The notes under the pieces were generated by a model that worked only from the letters and a program-made list of their open reading frames with translations, searched no databases and had not been told where the DNA came from. Positions 1 through 9,410 of a DNA stretch of 64,000 bases are shown here, one piece after another (positions within the stretch are counted from its first letter, which is position 1; every line of letters starts with the position of its first letter). The DNA lies in contig OZ025723.1 of assembly GCA_964019335.1 (NCBI GenBank), forward strand, positions 372,001 through 436,000. The letters are read 5' to 3'. Made by a program: the position numbers and the translations under genes. This stretch comes from Diplonema japonicum. Its lineage: Eukaryota > Protista > Euglenozoa: Diplonemea.

Positions 1-1
1 C

Positions 2-70
2 TTACAAAGTAGAAACCCCTTGGTGCAATTGGCACATAGGAAGGTGGAGTTCTTTATGAGGAGGTACTGA
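2..70 (+). CDS. possible 3' end of an upstream gene (partial)
   Basis: Frame 2 is open from the window edge to TGA at 68-70 (LQSRNPLVQLAHRKVEFFMRRY*), in the same orientation as all other genes. Too short to confirm. Confidence 0.2.
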   Translation, partial: LQSRNPLVQLAHRKVEFFMRRY

Positions 71-527
71 GCCAGGACTAAAGGATGTTTCATACCCTTT
101 CAGTTGGACCTAACTGTCCACGACCTCACCGGCGCAGTACTAAACCCCTTTTGTCGACCTCCACCTTAGCCTGGCCTCTCTGCACGAAGGTGTTGATAGC
201 GAAAAATAATTTCATCGCTATTATTGTTGTTATTCTATTGTCTTTTTACTTCCCTCTCTTGTTCCTCTATGGTTTTTATTTTTCTATGTTTGAAGACCTG
301 TCATGCAAGCCACTTCTGCAAACACCTTGTAAGGTGAACAACTAGCGTGTCACCGAGTTCATCTTCGTTCTGAGCAGGAACCCAATCGCCACCGCAGACC
401 CAGACACGTTCTGTAGAGCTATCCTTAGCTTCGTTCTTATTTTCTTGCTGTCTTCAACCTAGGAAACTGGAATAAGACTGTTTGATTCATCTCGTGCTTA
501 AAGCTATCCTCAACATACACAATAAAG

Positions 528-1313
528 ATGTCGCCTGCCAAGGTCTCTGTGATGCTGTCCATGGTTGCCATCTCTACCACTATGGGTCATGCGTGCGATC
601 AGTGGGTGGAAGTACCCTCTGAATGTGCGAAGCAGGCAGGGTGCGTGGTGGCACCTGATGGGATGGACTGCATCCCTGCCGACGACTGGGCCACTGTATG
701 GCTGCAGCACCCGTTGATGTCAGAAGAGGGTGAGCCGAACTTCCAGCCAGCTGACACCAGAATCCCTGGTATCTCTGTTGACAAAAAGACTGGTGGCGCA
801 GACTTCTTTGTCGGTTTTGGGAACTTTTTGGAGAAGATCCCTGAGTTCCTGGGGGAGACACACTTCCACGCTGTTGCAGAGATTCAAAAGGATGGTGGCC
901 TGAAGTTCGAATGCCCTAAGAAGAAGGAGGCTGGTTCCTGTGACTTCTTCGTTGCTGTCTTCTCGTGTGCCCCGTGCAGCGAGAAGGTGAATGGGGGGCT
1001 CCCTCAGATCCTGACTGTGACGAAGGGGTGGGAGGCAAGGTCCTGCGCACCTGTGATGATGAGCCGTGGCAGTGATGACGAGTACAAGATGACGATCTTC
1101 AGGGTGAGGGTGGCCAACGGACACTTCGTTGAGTCCCCCAGGTTCCTGAGGCACGCTAGGTCCATTGCTGTCTTCTCTTCGATGAAGGAGACCGGTTTCT
1201 GCCCTGTTCCCCAGAGGACTGTGGGCCCCTTCCCCTCGGGCAAGAAGTGCGGCCCCAAGTGCCCCTTCGAGGAGCTTGAGGAGGGCATCATCGAGTTCCC
1301 CATCGTGAACTGA
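528..1313 (+). CDS. secreted cysteine-rich protein of unknown function (261 aa)
   Basis: Hydrophobic N-terminus (VSVMLSMVAISTTMGHA), 12 Cys, strong C/G-ending codon bias, ATG preceded by an A/C-rich leader. Confidence 0.8.
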   Translation: MSPAKVSVMLSMVAISTTMGHACDQWVEVPSECAKQAGCVVAPDGMDCIPADDWATVWLQHPLMSEEGEPNFQPADTRIPGISVDKKTGGADFFVGFGNFLEKIPEFLGETHFHAVAEIQKDGGLKFECPKKKEAGSCDFFVAVFSCAPCSEKVNGGLPQILTVTKGWEARSCAPVMMSRGSDDEYKMTIFRVRVANGHFVESPRFLRHARSIAVFSSMKETGFCPVPQRTVGPFPSGKKCGPKCPFEELEEGIIEFPIVN

Positions 1314-1640
1314 CAAGAAGACCTCCTTAGCGATCTTAGCAAGAAGGCAGCCCAAGTGCACTTAAGAACAGCCTGTGCTTCGATGTAATGCAATTCAGTT
1401 CACCCGTTCAATTAATTTGTAGATAAACCCTTGACGCTAGGCTTGGCACTGGTGTTCCCCGCGTGCCTTGCAGGAGGCAGGCGGGATTTCGTGCAATTTA
1501 TACGACACCAGAGCCACTTCAAGGTACGATACATGGAACAAGCGTAGTTTTGTTTCACCATCTTATTTCCTTCCTCTTCCTTCCTCTTGTTTTCTCTCTC
1601 GTTCGAGTTGTTATGTTTGAATTCAGTTCTTTCACGGTCC

Positions 1641-4600
1641 ATGCTGCACCACAGGCTCATGGCGATGATGGAGGTGTCGCAAACAGCGGCACCGCACACG
1701 ATGAGCGCCGAGATGAAGGAGACGATGGAACAAAACAAGGCGAGGCTTGCGTTGGGAAGGCAGCTAGTGATATTAAGGAAGCGGATGTTGATCGTGGAGG
1801 AGAGCGTGCGTGGTGTGGTCGAGGGGCGGTGTCAGGACGAACTTTCTCAACTGCACAAGGTGTACGAAAAAGAGTGGGAAGCCACCGCTGCAGGGACAGG
1901 GGAACTGTCCTCCCTGAAATGCATCAAAGAGGCAAGGACGCGACGATGGCAAGGCAAGGAGAAACTACTGAAACAACGAGACAGGGCGATGAACGGAATA
2001 GAAGCCACGAAGAACGACGAGATCAGAGAGCTGAACAGGAGAAACCAAGAAGAGCTAGACACCTTATGCAACCAGCAAGAGGACGATGTGCGAGACCTTC
2101 CCGAGGGCGAGGGGTGGAAGCTCAGGGATGCATTCCTCAAGCACACAAGACTTCTAAAAGCACACCATATGCGGTCTGTGGCCGAGGTTGACAAGAAATA
2201 CGGGGCTCTTGTCAAGATAGAGAACATCAAGTGGTCCAATGTTCTAGTAGAATACTCTATACGCGCGGATGGGTTCGAAACCTTCAACGCCCTTTTGTGT
2301 TCCGAAGAGAGAGAACGTGGTCATGGCGTACCTTGGCGGCGCAAATGGTGGGGGACTGAGCCTGACCACATCGAAGTTGGATCGGTGCAAAGCGGCACCA
2401 ACAATACAAGCTACACCTTCGACATATCTGGCATAGGCATTGAAGGAGAGGAAGCAAGAGCCTGGTGCTTGGGCGTGTCGTGGTTCCACAACATTTTCAA
2501 ATGTCTTGAACAATCGAACAACTTGACAAAGGAGTGCGTTGCCTGGCAACTCGGTCTTTGGAAGTGGCAGCACGAGGAACTGAAAGGCATCCAACGCAAG
2601 GAACTGAAGAGGGTGGAACACACATTGCGTTCAAGCATCACCACCACCGAAGGCACAAATAAAACGCGGAGGGAGATCCTACGGTTTCTGTACTGCGACG
2701 AAGAGATGCTGCGCGTAGTGCTCGATGAGCATGAGACCCGTGTACACACCCTGCTGAAAAGGGAGGAGATCGAAATCAGCTGCTCTCTGTGGAAGTGGCT
2801 TGGCATCCGATGGATCTTACGAAAGGACATTGAAACCTCTGATGTGAACACCAGATATCAGTTTCACGAAGCAGAAGACCGCAGCTGGGTATCGCACTGT
2901 GAGGATCATGCTTCTACATTGTGGTTCATTGAAAAGTGGTACGATCACAGAAGAGTGAAAAAACTCGAAATCGAGCTACAAGAAGAAGAGCAAAGGAGGC
3001 TGTTCCAATTGAAGTGGGACATCCCTGTATGTGTCATCTTCCCTGAGGGCTTGCAGAGAGTGGTGATGTACCACGACCAAGAAACCACTCTCAAATCTTA
3101 TATGTCACTCTTCGATGAGATTCGAAGGTGGTTGGAGAGGAAATGGCTTGCCTTCAAAGCCTTCTCCGAAAGTCTCAGCTTGGAATACGACCTCCTGACG
3201 GACACCTTGATGGAAGCGGAAGACATCCTAAGGTTGGCCATGGCTCATGACAGGTGGTTGGGCGTGCGAGCCATCAAGCGAAAGGCTGCCGAAATCGAGG
3301 AAGCATTTTACCGCTGTCCTGTGGTGGAGGAAATGGAGCGGTTCCTCATCATTTCTGAACAGCGGCACACCAAAACCATTGTCCTGAGTGAGTACTGGCA
3401 AGGGAAGCATTCAATTGAACGGAAGGCCCTTGAGGATGTCGAAGAGTTCATCCGCTGTCAGAACGATGACGTAGAGCGTGCTGGAGTGGTATGCGAGGAA
3501 CACTTACTGTGGGGGAATGTCAACGAATCGTACCTCAATGGCCTGCATGTTATCGAGAGGTGTGCCCTTCAGGATGTTGAGGGAATCTTTAGGTGGCAAC
3601 TGTCTATGGAAGCAGAAGGATTCGCTACCAAAGCCGAAGAGTGGGCCACGTGGCGGCTGCTCATGCTCGCAGAGCTTGCTGAAAAACACAGAATCCAGCG
3701 TTATGCCTTTGAACGTGCAGAGATCGTAGTGCAATGGCAGCACGTGGAAGAGGCTTGGGAGCGGGCCCTCCTCGCTCTCTACGGGGAGTACCAACAGCGC
3801 TCATATGCTGTCTGTCTCTTCGTCGAGCATCACCACGCCATCGAGAGGAATGCCCTTTGTGATGTGGAGGCCTTTGTCAGAGCACAGCTTTGCAATGAAG
3901 GCTACGCACGGCATTGCCTCAACACAGAGTGGAGGCATCTCTTCGTCGAGCACATGGATGAGTTCTGGCAGATAAAGCACGACATCCAGAAGAAGGAGTT
4001 CACACGGACCTACCTGATAGCCCGCCTCCCTGTAGAAGAGACAATGGTGAGGGAGCATTATGAGCTGAGGCGAACACTGCAAGCTTTCATCAAGTTTATC
4101 GAGTTCATGTACAAGATGATGGAGATCGAGCGGGCTGCGTTTGAAGACACAGAAGGTGTAGTGAGATGGCAGGGCGAGGCTGAATACACTCGGGGGCTGG
4201 ATGTGGTGGACGCGCTTCAGGAACGGGATCAGCTGACCATTAAGCAGATCCACGAGCTGCATGTCATTGAGAAGCTGGCTGTGGAGGACGTCGAAATGGT
4301 AGTACGATGGCAAGGTACATGCCATGAGCAGTGCGACGTGCTGTGGCTGGAACAGTCCCATGGGTACACCGTGATCTGCAATGAGTACTGGATCACGAAG
4401 CACGCTCTTCAACGGCTGTTGTTGGAGTACAGCGAGGACAGGCATCGAGAGACCTGCATAGAAGACCGTGCACGAGTGATGCAGACACTAGATGAGGAGG
4501 TGGTCTGGTGCTGTGTTGGTGTAGCTTTCCTTGCTGGAAAGCACATTATCGAAAGAAACGCCTTCGCCCTCCACGAGGACTGCCTACGTCAGAAGCTCGA

Positions 4601-6440
4601 GCTCGATATCGAACGGGAAACGATCGAGCTGGAGGAACATGGCAGTGCGAGCTTTCTGTTAGCACTGTTGGCAGAGGCCGTGTACAACGTCCAGCGACGG
4701 GGCATGGCTCACCAGGAAGGGATCGAGCGCTACTGCCATGAACGGTACGAGGAACTAGCAGCGGTTGTGCTGCAAGAAAGACAGGAGCACATACTGGCCA
4801 TGCATACCTTCATGATAGGCATGCACAAAGTCGAGATACGTTTGTTCGAGGAAAATGAAGAAAGAACCCGGTTCAAAAAGGCCGACGCTGCATACGGGAG
4901 GGCAATGGTCGAACTGGAGTCGACATGGGGGTGGCGGGTGGCCGTGGCAAACTTTATCACTGCAATGAGACATGCACAACGTGTAGTTCTAGGGGGCAAC
5001 GAGGCTTGCATGAGGATTCTGGTCGATGAGGGCAGCTGCAGGAGAATATTTCAGTTCGAGAGGGCGATCTCTCTGTGGCACGAATCCTTGCTGTGTCGCA
5101 AAATGCGCTATGAGACTGAGATGGTCGTCCTTCTCAGGATGGAACGCGAGGCCCGTGATTGGCTGAAAGTGCGCCTCCATGGCAAGTGGGAGCAGCTCTA
5201 CGATGCCGTGAAGGGTACCCTGTCCTTCTTCGGGAAGAAGGAAGGCTACCACTCAGCAGAAAGGTCGACATATGAGCTCGACGCTGTGATGGCGCTTGAG
5301 AACATCGAACTTGCCGAGCGCACTGCCCACCACAACATCATCTCCATGCTCAAGACCTCCGTGCGGATGGTTCAAGGAGAGAATATTACGCGTGTGCAAA
5401 TCCTGCAAAGCGAGAAGCGGAACTTCATAGGTGTGGCCTTCGCTGTCAACCTGACAATGACATCAATGCACTTCAGGAACTTCCGCAACCTGCTACAGCG
5501 GGTGGAAGACGAGGAGACAGCCCGCTACAGAGCATGGCGGCAGACGTCACCGAATGGTCTGCTGCGACTCTTCCGTGCGTCGCCACATGGTGTCAAGTCG
5601 GACAGAACACCTCTTCAAGGACTGCGGTATCTAAAGAGCAGCGTGTTCGGAGTGAGACCGCTTCCCGAACCGAAAAGGGTTGTTATAAAGATGAAGCCGA
5701 TCCCAAAGGCGGTGTTCCCAAGCATGCCGGAGTGGGTGAAGCCTGACTCAGACGCGACGATGCCGTCTGCACGAAATGAAGGCCGCAGGGCACATATCAA
5801 AGCAGCACGACAGGCAGCGAGAACGGAAGTTGCAGTGCTTCCGCCATCAGCGCTGAAGCTCAATGTGAACAACAAATGCACAGAGTTCCATGGGGTGGAG
5901 GGCGGGCTCCTGCTCCCGAAGCCCATTGTATTCTTCACCGATACGCACGGCAAGGTTGTGACGTGCAAGGCAGCCTTCACCGCTGACCATGGCGTCATCA
6001 AGGTAGCCTTCTCGGAAGGTGCGCTGTGGGAGCTTTGCGTTGTACCGATGCAGGCAGGCTCTTATGAGATGAAAATCTCAGCGAAGATTGACAGCACACA
6101 GTGCACTGTGCCGGTTCGTGTAGCAGTGACGGAAACCCAGCCAGAGGGCATCAGCAACGGGGCATGGAAGCTGTTCAGACTGCTGCAGGACAGAACCAAA
6201 GACGGCACCCGCGTCGACCAGGCGACCCGGACCATCCTCTCAGGCATGAAGGGCAACTCGCAGTTCGTGCAACTGAAAAAGCACTTCGGCAACCGTCACC
6301 CTTGGCTGCTCGACACTCCCACCACGCTGCCGCCGAGGAGCGCGAATCTAGTGCCCATCCCCACCCACGCCAGACCGAAGCTCAAGTCGAAATCCCCTGA
6401 GAAACGGAAGAACAAACAGCTGCCTCCGTTGAAAAAATGA
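1641..6440 (+). CDS. large helical repeat protein (~1600 aa) with a 47-aa tandem repeat and a C-terminal beta-rich domain
   Basis: 4.8-kb ORF. First in-frame ATG at 1641 (1659 is the alternative, after CACAG). Recurring HxIERxA(L/F)EDxE motif. Confidence 0.85.
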   Translation: MLHHRLMAMMEVSQTAAPHTMSAEMKETMEQNKARLALGRQLVILRKRMLIVEESVRGVVEGRCQDELSQLHKVYEKEWEATAAGTGELSSLKCIKEARTRRWQGKEKLLKQRDRAMNGIEATKNDEIRELNRRNQEELDTLCNQQEDDVRDLPEGEGWKLRDAFLKHTRLLKAHHMRSVAEVDKKYGALVKIENIKWSNVLVEYSIRADGFETFNALLCSEERERGHGVPWRRKWWGTEPDHIEVGSVQSGTNNTSYTFDISGIGIEGEEARAWCLGVSWFHNIFKCLEQSNNLTKECVAWQLGLWKWQHEELKGIQRKELKRVEHTLRSSITTTEGTNKTRREILRFLYCDEEMLRVVLDEHETRVHTLLKREEIEISCSLWKWLGIRWILRKDIETSDVNTRYQFHEAEDRSWVSHCEDHASTLWFIEKWYDHRRVKKLEIELQEEEQRRLFQLKWDIPVCVIFPEGLQRVVMYHDQETTLKSYMSLFDEIRRWLERKWLAFKAFSESLSLEYDLLTDTLMEAEDILRLAMAHDRWLGVRAIKRKAAEIEEAFYRCPVVEEMERFLIISEQRHTKTIVLSEYWQGKHSIERKALEDVEEFIRCQNDDVERAGVVCEEHLLWGNVNESYLNGLHVIERCALQDVEGIFRWQLSMEAEGFATKAEEWATWRLLMLAELAEKHRIQRYAFERAEIVVQWQHVEEAWERALLALYGEYQQRSYAVCLFVEHHHAIERNALCDVEAFVRAQLCNEGYARHCLNTEWRHLFVEHMDEFWQIKHDIQKKEFTRTYLIARLPVEETMVREHYELRRTLQAFIKFIEFMYKMMEIERAAFEDTEGVVRWQGEAEYTRGLDVVDALQERDQLTIKQIHELHVIEKLAVEDVEMVVRWQGTCHEQCDVLWLEQSHGYTVICNEYWITKHALQRLLLEYSEDRHRETCIEDRARVMQTLDEEVVWCCVGVAFLAGKHIIERNAFALHEDCLRQKLELDIERETIELEEHGSASFLLALLAEAVYNVQRRGMAHQEGIERYCHERYEELAAVVLQERQEHILAMHTFMIGMHKVEIRLFEENEERTRFKKADAAYGRAMVELESTWGWRVAVANFITAMRHAQRVVLGGNEACMRILVDEGSCRRIFQFERAISLWHESLLCRKMRYETEMVVLLRMEREARDWLKVRLHGKWEQLYDAVKGTLSFFGKKEGYHSAERSTYELDAVMALENIELAERTAHHNIISMLKTSVRMVQGENITRVQILQSEKRNFIGVAFAVNLTMTSMHFRNFRNLLQRVEDEETARYRAWRQTSPNGLLRLFRASPHGVKSDRTPLQGLRYLKSSVFGVRPLPEPKRVVIKMKPIPKAVFPSMPEWVKPDSDATMPSARNEGRRAHIKAARQAARTEVAVLPPSALKLNVNNKCTEFHGVEGGLLLPKPIVFFTDTHGKVVTCKAAFTADHGVIKVAFSEGALWELCVVPMQAGSYEMKISAKIDSTQCTVPVRVAVTETQPEGISNGAWKLFRLLQDRTKDGTRVDQATRTILSGMKGNSQFVQLKKHFGNRHPWLLDTPTTLPPRSANLVPIPTHARPKLKSKSPEKRKNKQLPPLKK
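3120..5250 (+). repeat. degenerate coding tandem repeat, period ~141 nt (47 aa), ~15 copies
   Basis: Equivalent codons at 3126, 3267, 3408, 3546, 3687, 3834, 3978, 4119, 4260, 4401, 4542, 4683, 4824, 4968, 5109. Spacing is mostly exactly 141 nt. Confidence 0.75.
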
Positions 6441-7011
6441 CGGGGAAAGACGAGAGGAGACACTTCGTCTCGTTCTTATACTTTATGTTTACCATTCTCT
6501 TTTTTCTTCTTCTGTTTTTTTTTTTTTTTTTTCTTAGCTCGAAGGGCTCCATTGGTACACTGGATTGGGTTCCAAGATAACTACATTTGAACTATGGTAT
6601 CTTTTTTTACTTTTTTTTCTTTTTTTTTAGGCTTCTCCAGGAGGCCCATTTTTGCTACCCAGTCCACGCACGGCAAGCTGATGGATTTGAAGGCCGCCTA
6701 CAAGCGGGATCGCATCACACGACTCCGCAAGACGCTCACAGCCACAATCGGGATGAAAGCAATGCTCCAGAAGGGGAGTATTAACAGATAGACCCCCCCC
6801 TCCCATAGGGCGGCCCTCTAGCGGGGGGCTTGTCCTGTACTTTGAGTTTTTTTTCTTCTTCTTTTCTTGTTCTTAGGATGATTTACATCATCGTGTTTTT
6901 TTTTTTTTTTTTTTTCTTCAAGTGGGATTGTCTTTTACTATGAGTTTTTTTTTTTCTTTTTTTTTTTCTCTCTGCCAGCCTTCGCCAGCATTTTAAAAAA
7001 AAAAAAAAAAA

Positions 7012-7527
7012 ATGTCGCTAAAGGACAGGTGTTTTGAGGGGTGCGAGGTTAGGCGGTTGGAAGGAGAGGACTACGAGAAGGGTTTCTTAGATCTGTTGGG
7101 GCAGCTGACAGAGGTAGGGGTGGTGGGGAAGAGCGACTTTGAGAAGCAGCTTGCGAAGCGTGAGGCAATGGGAATGGTGTCGGTGGTGATCGAGGACGTG
7201 GTGCTGAGAAAGGTCGTGGCGACAGGCAGCATTCTATTTGAGGAGAAGTTCACGCGGTCATGTGGAAAGGTAGGGCACATAGAAGACATCGTAGTGAGCA
7301 AGGACCACAGGGGCGGCAAGCTCGGAGCCAGGATCATGAACGCCCTGCAAGAGATCGCCCTCATGGCTAACTGCTACAAAATTATTCTCGATTGTTCTGA
7401 GGCAAACCAGGCTTTCTATGAGAAACAGGGGTTTATCCGAAAAGAGGTCCAGATGCGATATGATATCTCCAAGAACCTCACCCTTGAGGAGTTCAGGAAA
7501 GGAAATGTGTTCGTGCAGGCAGCGTGA
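7012..7527 (+). CDS. GNA1: glucosamine-6-phosphate N-acetyltransferase (GNAT family)
   Basis: Motifs DYEKGFLDLLGQLT, EEKFTRSCGKVGHIEDIVVSKDHRGGKLG and CYKIILDCSEANQAFYEKQGF match GNA1/GNPNAT1. Confidence 0.93.
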   Translation: MSLKDRCFEGCEVRRLEGEDYEKGFLDLLGQLTEVGVVGKSDFEKQLAKREAMGMVSVVIEDVVLRKVVATGSILFEEKFTRSCGKVGHIEDIVVSKDHRGGKLGARIMNALQEIALMANCYKIILDCSEANQAFYEKQGFIRKEVQMRYDISKNLTLEEFRKGNVFVQAA

Positions 7528-8070
7528 ATATAAATTCTTTTTTTTTTTTTTTTTTTTTAATTTTTTATTTTTTCGTTTTGACCTTACTATTTCTTTTTTT
7601 TTTTTTGGGAAACGAAGCGGATAAAAAATGGGTAGGAGTGCTGCGGGATGCATTTTCCGAATTCGTACCCCCCCCCCCCCCCTCCCTATTCCCTTCCCCG
7701 TTAATAAAGGAGTTCGATACTGAAAATAAGTTTGACTGCATCCACTGTGAAATATAGTCGTGTTTTCTTCTTTTTCTTTTTGTGTGACTGATCTTTTTTG
7801 AAAACCTGAGTGGTCTGTTTTTGATTGGAAAAAGAAAAGAAAAAAGAATAGAGAAAAAAAAGAGAAAAGAGATGAAACAAAACTAAACAAAACGAGTAGC
7901 GGAGTGGCACAAAAGAAAAAAAAAGGGGGGTACTCCCCCCCTTTTTTTTATTTGAACGTGTTCTCCCCCTCAAGTCTTCCTCCCCTTCAAAAAAAAAAAA
8001 AGAGACCTTTTTTTTTTCTTTTTTTTTTCTAATTGAAAAAAATAATGAACAGTAAAAGAAAAAAGTATGT

Positions 8071-8220
8071 TGTAAAGTGAAAAAACTCCCGGACTGACAA
8101 ATATCTAAGTATTTTTCCGCGTCCGGGAGTGTGTCAGGCCTAGCCATCTTTTTTTCCATCCTACCCCCCCTTGGACTGAGTAATTTTGGCCAAAGAAAAG
8201 GTACGGACATTCACTTTACA
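8071..8220. mobile_element. candidate degenerate MITE (~150 bp)
   Basis: 11-bp inverted repeat TGTAAAGTGAA (8071-8081) / TTCACTTTACA (8210-8220), the right end continuing GTA. Internal 10-bp inverted repeat ACTCCCGGAC (8085-8094) / GTCCGGGAGT (8121-8130). Confidence 0.4.
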
Positions 8221-8305
8221 GTATTTCTTTCCCCTTGAACATTTTTTTAAAAAAAAAAAAGAAAATCTAATTTTTTTCAGGGGGGGGAGGGGAAGGGAAA
8301 AAAAA

Positions 8306-9241
8306 ATGTCCACAGCAGAGAAATGGCGAATAGGGAAAATAACAATACAAAAGGTGGTCGAGTTCTGCTCGGTGACGAAGGCCGCGTACATCCTCCCAGG
8401 GGCGACGAAGAAGGTCTGCGAGAAGCTCGACTGGCTGCAACCGCATTACATGACAGACAAGTGGGACTTACTGCTATCTGTTCACATGCTTGTCATTGAC
8501 ATAGGCGGCAAACGCATTGCAGTAGACACCTGCGTGGGGAACTGCAAGAAGCGGTCGGTCAAAGCATGGAACAACAGAAACAGCGATTTTTTAAAAGATC
8601 TAACGGCCCTGGGCTACCCCCCAGACACATTCACACATGTCGTCATCACCCATATGCACGACGACCACGTGGGCTGGAACACCACACTGAACACAGCCAC
8701 AGGGGAATGGGTCCCTACCTTCCCCAACGCCCGGTACCTCATTGTCGATAAGGAGTATCAATACTGGAGGAACGAGTACGAGCCGCGTGATGCTGGGCCG
8801 ATGACGCGTGCAATGGATGATATGGAGTTGCTTCGCGACAGCATCCAGCCCATCATGGACCATTGCCAGCTCGACTTGGTACCCGACACTCATGAGGTAG
8901 CTTCGTGTGAGGGCGGCTCGGTACATTTACACCCCACCCCTGGGCACACCCCGGGACACGTTTCTGTCGTGGTGCGATCCGGTTCGCAGCGTGCGTTCAT
9001 AACAGGAGACGCCTTCCACAATCCTGTACAGGTGGCTGTTCCTTCTATCTCTGCTACTCACGTTGACTTCGATTCCAAACAAGCGATAGCCACGCGTTCC
9101 TCGTTGCTGCCCTTCCTTGCCTCGCCCGACTTGTTGGTTATCGGGACGCACTTCGCGACGCCCTCAGCGGGGCGGGTTGTTCGGTCGGGAGGCGGTTACA
9201 TCTTCACCCCATGCGGGACCCCTTGCGGGAACAAGCTCTAA
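8306..9241 (+). CDS. metallo-beta-lactamase-fold metallo-hydrolase, bacterial type (311 aa)
   Basis: THMHDDHVGWN (HxHxDH), WVPTFPNARY, PTPGHTPGH, ITGDAFH, GTHF. True start is ATG 8306; the ORF-track extension upstream is homopolymer sequence. Confidence 0.9.
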   Translation: MSTAEKWRIGKITIQKVVEFCSVTKAAYILPGATKKVCEKLDWLQPHYMTDKWDLLLSVHMLVIDIGGKRIAVDTCVGNCKKRSVKAWNNRNSDFLKDLTALGYPPDTFTHVVITHMHDDHVGWNTTLNTATGEWVPTFPNARYLIVDKEYQYWRNEYEPRDAGPMTRAMDDMELLRDSIQPIMDHCQLDLVPDTHEVASCEGGSVHLHPTPGHTPGHVSVVVRSGSQRAFITGDAFHNPVQVAVPSISATHVDFDSKQAIATRSSLLPFLASPDLLVIGTHFATPSAGRVVRSGGGYIFTPCGTPCGNKL

Positions 9242-9259
9242 GAAAAGAGGGAATGGGAG

Positions 9260-9293
<34 letters not shown>

Positions 9294-9410
9294 AAATGGT
9301 TATTCTTCTCGTGTGCACTTGCGAGCATCGAACTCTTTTTATTTTATTTTTTGTGTTGGCGTCATGAATTATAAACAATACAGGACATCAAAAAAAAAAA
9401 AAAAAAAAAA

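Noticed and set aside
7700-7725. GTTCGA T-loop/B-box-like motif
   Set aside because: No cloverleaf or A-box can be built around it.
7916-7949. A9G6-tact-C7T8 hairpin resembling a bacterial intrinsic terminator
   Set aside because: Eukaryotic context, and expected by chance in homopolymer-rich DNA.
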